This document shows positions 34,095 to 36,580 of a stretch of 36,580 nt of DNA, piece by piece. The stretch comes from Methanobacteriota archaeon (GTDB lineage Archaea > Hadarchaeota > Hadarchaeia > Hadarchaeales > Hadarchaeaceae): positions 1 through 36,580 of the forward strand of contig JBDRCL010000061.1 of the NCBI GenBank assembly GCA_043821745.1. The letters are read 5' to 3'. Each line of letters opens with the position of its first letter. Position 1 is the first letter of the stretch. The position numbers and the translations under genes are program-made. The notes below the pieces were generated by a model. That model had not been told where the DNA came from and searched no databases. It saw only the letters and a program-made list of their open reading frames with translations.

Positions 34095-36580
34095 TATCGT
34101 CGCTCGCTATAAGCGGATGCGCGGCTTCAACGTGATGTTTCCCCAGGGATCCCCGTGAAGTGCTGTAACGGCATATTCATGGGCCTGAATGGGACTGTCA
34201 CGGGCTGCCCACCGAGGTCCAAGTGGAGAAACGCTACGGGATAAGAAAGGGCGACCTGCCGGCGGAGAAGTTCCGAGAGCTCTGCGTCAAGCTGACCAGC
34301 GAAAACATATCTCACATGCGAGAAGAGATGAACTCCTTCGGGTTTTCAATAGACTGGTCCACTGAGTACCGGACGATGGATCCGAGCTATTACGGCAAGA
34401 CCCAGCTTTCGTTCGTGCAGCTTTACAAGAAAGGGCTCATCTACAGGGGCGAGCACCCGGTCAACTGGTGCCCCCGCTGTGAGACCGCAATCGCGGACGC
34501 CGAGGTGGAGTACGGGGAGAGGAGCACCAAGCTGAACTACGTAAAGTTCAAGCTCGCCGGGGATGACGGGGCGTTGACCATTGCCACCACGCGTCCCGAG
34601 TACCTGCCGGCGTGCGTTGTGGTGGCGGTCCATCCGAACGACGAGAGGTACCGGAGATACGTCGGGGGAAAGCTCGAGGTCCCGCCATTCGGTCACGTCG
34701 TAGAGATTATAAAGGACACGGAGGTCGACCCTGGGTTCGGCACGGGAGTCGTGATGGTGTGCACATTCGGGGACAAGACCGACGTGCGCTGGGTGAAGCG
34801 CTACAAGCTGCCGGTCATCAAGCTGATCGATGAGAAGGGCGCGATGACGGAAGCCGCTGGAAAATATTCAAAGATGACGATGGAGGAGGCGCGACGCGCG
34901 ATAATCGAGGACCTGCGCGCGGCTGGATCGCTCGAAAAGCAGGAAGAGCTGCCGCAGAGCGTCGGTGTCTGCTGGCGCTGCAAGACTGTCGTCGAGATCT
35001 TGACGAAACCGCAGTGGTTCATGCGCGTGCTCGACCTAAACAAAAAAGTGGTCGAGGAGGCCAAACGCGTGAGGTGGGTACCGGACTACATGCGCACCAG
35101 ATTCGTCGACTGGACGAACTCGATGGACTGGGACTGGGTGATCTCGCGGCAGAGGATCTTTGCCACGCCGATCCCGGCCTGGTACTGCTCCAAATGCAGG
35201 GAACCGATAGTGGCTGAAGAGAAGCAGCTGCCGGTCAACCCTGCGAGGGACAAGCCGCCGGTCGAGAAATGCCAGAGCTGTGGCAACCAGAACTTCGATC
35301 CGGAACCGGACGTACTCGACACCTGGATGGACAGCTCGATAACTATCGCAGCTCATGCGGGATGGCCCGACATCGACCAACGTCTCTTCCCAGCCGACCT
35401 TCAGCCGAACGGGACGGACATCATCAGAACCTGGGACTATTACCTGATGGTCCGTCACCTCGCGCTACTGGGCAAGGCACCATACAAGACCGTGTTGGTC
35501 AACGGCATGGTGCTCGGAACCGACGGCAGGGCGATGCACAAATCGCTCGGGAATTACGTTGACAGCACAAAGGCCCGAGAGAAATACGGCGCCGATGCGC
35601 TCCGCCAGTGGGCGGCGATAGGGGCGTCGACCGGCTCGGACATACCGTTCACCTGGAAGGACGTGGAGTTCGGATACCGGTTCATGCGAAAGTTATGGAA
35701 CGCTGCCCGATTCGCCGGCCCGCATCTGAACTCAAAAGTTGCAAAGCTCGAGGTCAAAAAAATAAAGCTGACGCCCGTGGACCGCTGGCTCCTGAGCAGG
35801 CTCAACAGGCTGGTGAAGAACGTCACGGGATGGCTCGAGGACTTCCAGTTCAACCGTGCTCTCGGCGATATTCAAAACTTCGTATGGCACGAGCTCTGCG
35901 ACATGTACATCGAGGAAGTGAAGCACCGGCTTTACGCCGGCGACCGGACCACCGAAGCGGCCGCCTTCACCCTTTACCAGGCCATGCTGACTTCAGTCAA
36001 GCTCCTCGCCCCGTTCATACCTCACTTCGCCGAAGAAGTCTATCAGACGTACTTCGCCGGAGACCAGCAACTGCCGAGCGTTCACAGCTTCGGCTGGCCG
36101 GACGCCGACGAGAGCCTGATAGATGAATCCGCGGAGAAGCTCGGTGAAATTGCCAACCTTGCGATAAGCACTCTGCGGCAGTTCAAGTCCACGAGGAAGA
36201 TGGCCCTCAGCGCCGAGATACCAAAACTTGAGATCTACACGGCGAACAATGACGTCGCCAAACAGCTGAAGGAAATAAAAAATGATATCGCCGGCACCAT
36301 GCGGGTTAAAGAAGTTAAGATAATAACCAACAAGCCGGAGCTGAAAGAGCGCGTGCTCTCGGTGGAACCGAACCTGGCGAGGCTGGGTTCAAGATTGCGC
36401 GGCGACGTAAAGATCGTCACTGAGGCCCTGCGAAACGCCAAGCCGGAAGAAATCTCGAAACTTATGGGCAAGGGCAAAATGACCATAAATGAAGCAGGGA
36501 AAACCATCGAACTTTCAATCGAGGATTTGAAAATAGTCAGTGAACTGGAAAGCGAGGGTCACAAGGTCGAAGTCATCGAT
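33882..36580 (+). CDS. valS: valyl-tRNA synthetase, split by two BHB mini-introns (exons 33882..34025, 34045..34149, 34190..>36580; 3' end beyond window)
   Basis: Own three-frame reading gives (V)[47 protein letters not shown] | [35 protein letters not shown] | [18 protein letters not shown]...[21 protein letters not shown]...[16 protein letters not shown]...[12 protein letters not shown]...WFMRV...[17 protein letters not shown]...[10 protein letters not shown]...[11 protein letters not shown]...[11 protein letters not shown]... Exon 3 is an uninterrupted 797-codon frame to the window end; it is absent from the ORF track because it is edge-truncated. The start codon is uncertain (GTG 33882, or fusion to the upstream ORF). 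Confidence 0.88.
34026..34044 (+). other. 19-nt bulge-helix-bulge (BHB) intron 1 in valS
   Basis: Canonical hBHBh' geometry (see finding). Removal joins CCA UAU|CCG AGC, giving PPPY|PSGEFHMG in frame. Confidence 0.8.
34150..34189 (+). other. 40-nt bulge-helix-bulge (BHB) intron 2 in valS
   Basis: Canonical hBHBh' geometry (see finding). Removal joins CAG GGA|UGG GAC, giving FPQG|WDCHG in frame. Confidence 0.8.

Noticed and set aside
33882-36580. valS as a simple frameshifted, dead pseudogene
   Set aside because: Exon 3 is an uninterrupted 797-codon frame with strongly conserved ValRS blocks. The only two frame breaks are each bounded by a correctly phased BHB motif whose canonical cleavage restores the conserved protein junction exactly. 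Random decay would not produce this. The non-canonical HIGH/KMSKS residues are reported separately as a caveat.

Overview
Archaeal chromosome segment, tightly packed and mostly housekeeping. I saw no rRNA, tRNA, CRISPR array or IS element. All product calls come from reading the supplied or my own translations against remembered family motifs; no database search was possible.

Layout:
- 1-13.0 kb (all minus strand): the archaeal exosome/proteasome 'superoperon' neighbourhood. It holds a translin-like protein, Taw1, a DHH phosphoesterase, prefoldin beta, Pcc1, Brix/Imp4, RpoP, L37Ae, Rrp42, Rrp41, Rrp4, SBDS, proteasome alpha, RNase P Pop5, a DUF54 exosome-associated protein and L15e. These are followed by a 2-hydroxyacid dehydrogenase, a YchF GTPase, a small conserved ORF and a GlmU-like enzyme.
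- 13.5-14.7 kb: a visibly AT-rich islet with a rubredoxin-rubrerythrin fusion.
- 14.7-28.5 kb: PIN-ATPase-KH protein, TatD, GlmM, S3Ae, a methanogen-type SerRS, a UbiD-family decarboxylase, a second Pcc1-like protein, two tandem RecJ/GAN-like DHH proteins, a Zn-ribbon/DUF4342 protein, S15, ITPase, Bud32 and Kae1.
- 28.6-32.2 kb (plus strand): tungstate transporter tupABC, a stand-alone RAM-domain protein and an MBL-fold hydrolase.

The stand-out is 32.2-36.6 kb, where valyl-tRNA synthetase (valS) is a mosaic gene.
- The conserved reading frame is broken twice, by a 19-nt and a 40-nt insert.
- Each insert sits in a textbook archaeal bulge-helix-bulge (hBHBh') splicing motif. Cutting at the canonical positions restores ...IDTPPPY|PSGEFHMG...FPQG|WDCHGLPTE... 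exactly.
- Upstream lies a low-GC ~1.6-kb insertion carrying a double-motif LAGLIDADG-like ORF with its own SD and TTG start. That ORF runs in frame into valS.
- A short orphan ORF (MVNMAASNDYNPHEIELK*) encodes a second, diverged copy of the ValRS N-terminus behind a TATA-like box.

BHB introns in an archaeal protein-coding gene are very rare, and I do not know of one in an aminoacyl-tRNA synthetase gene. I could not find a canonical BHB for the 1.6-kb element, so how it is handled remains open.
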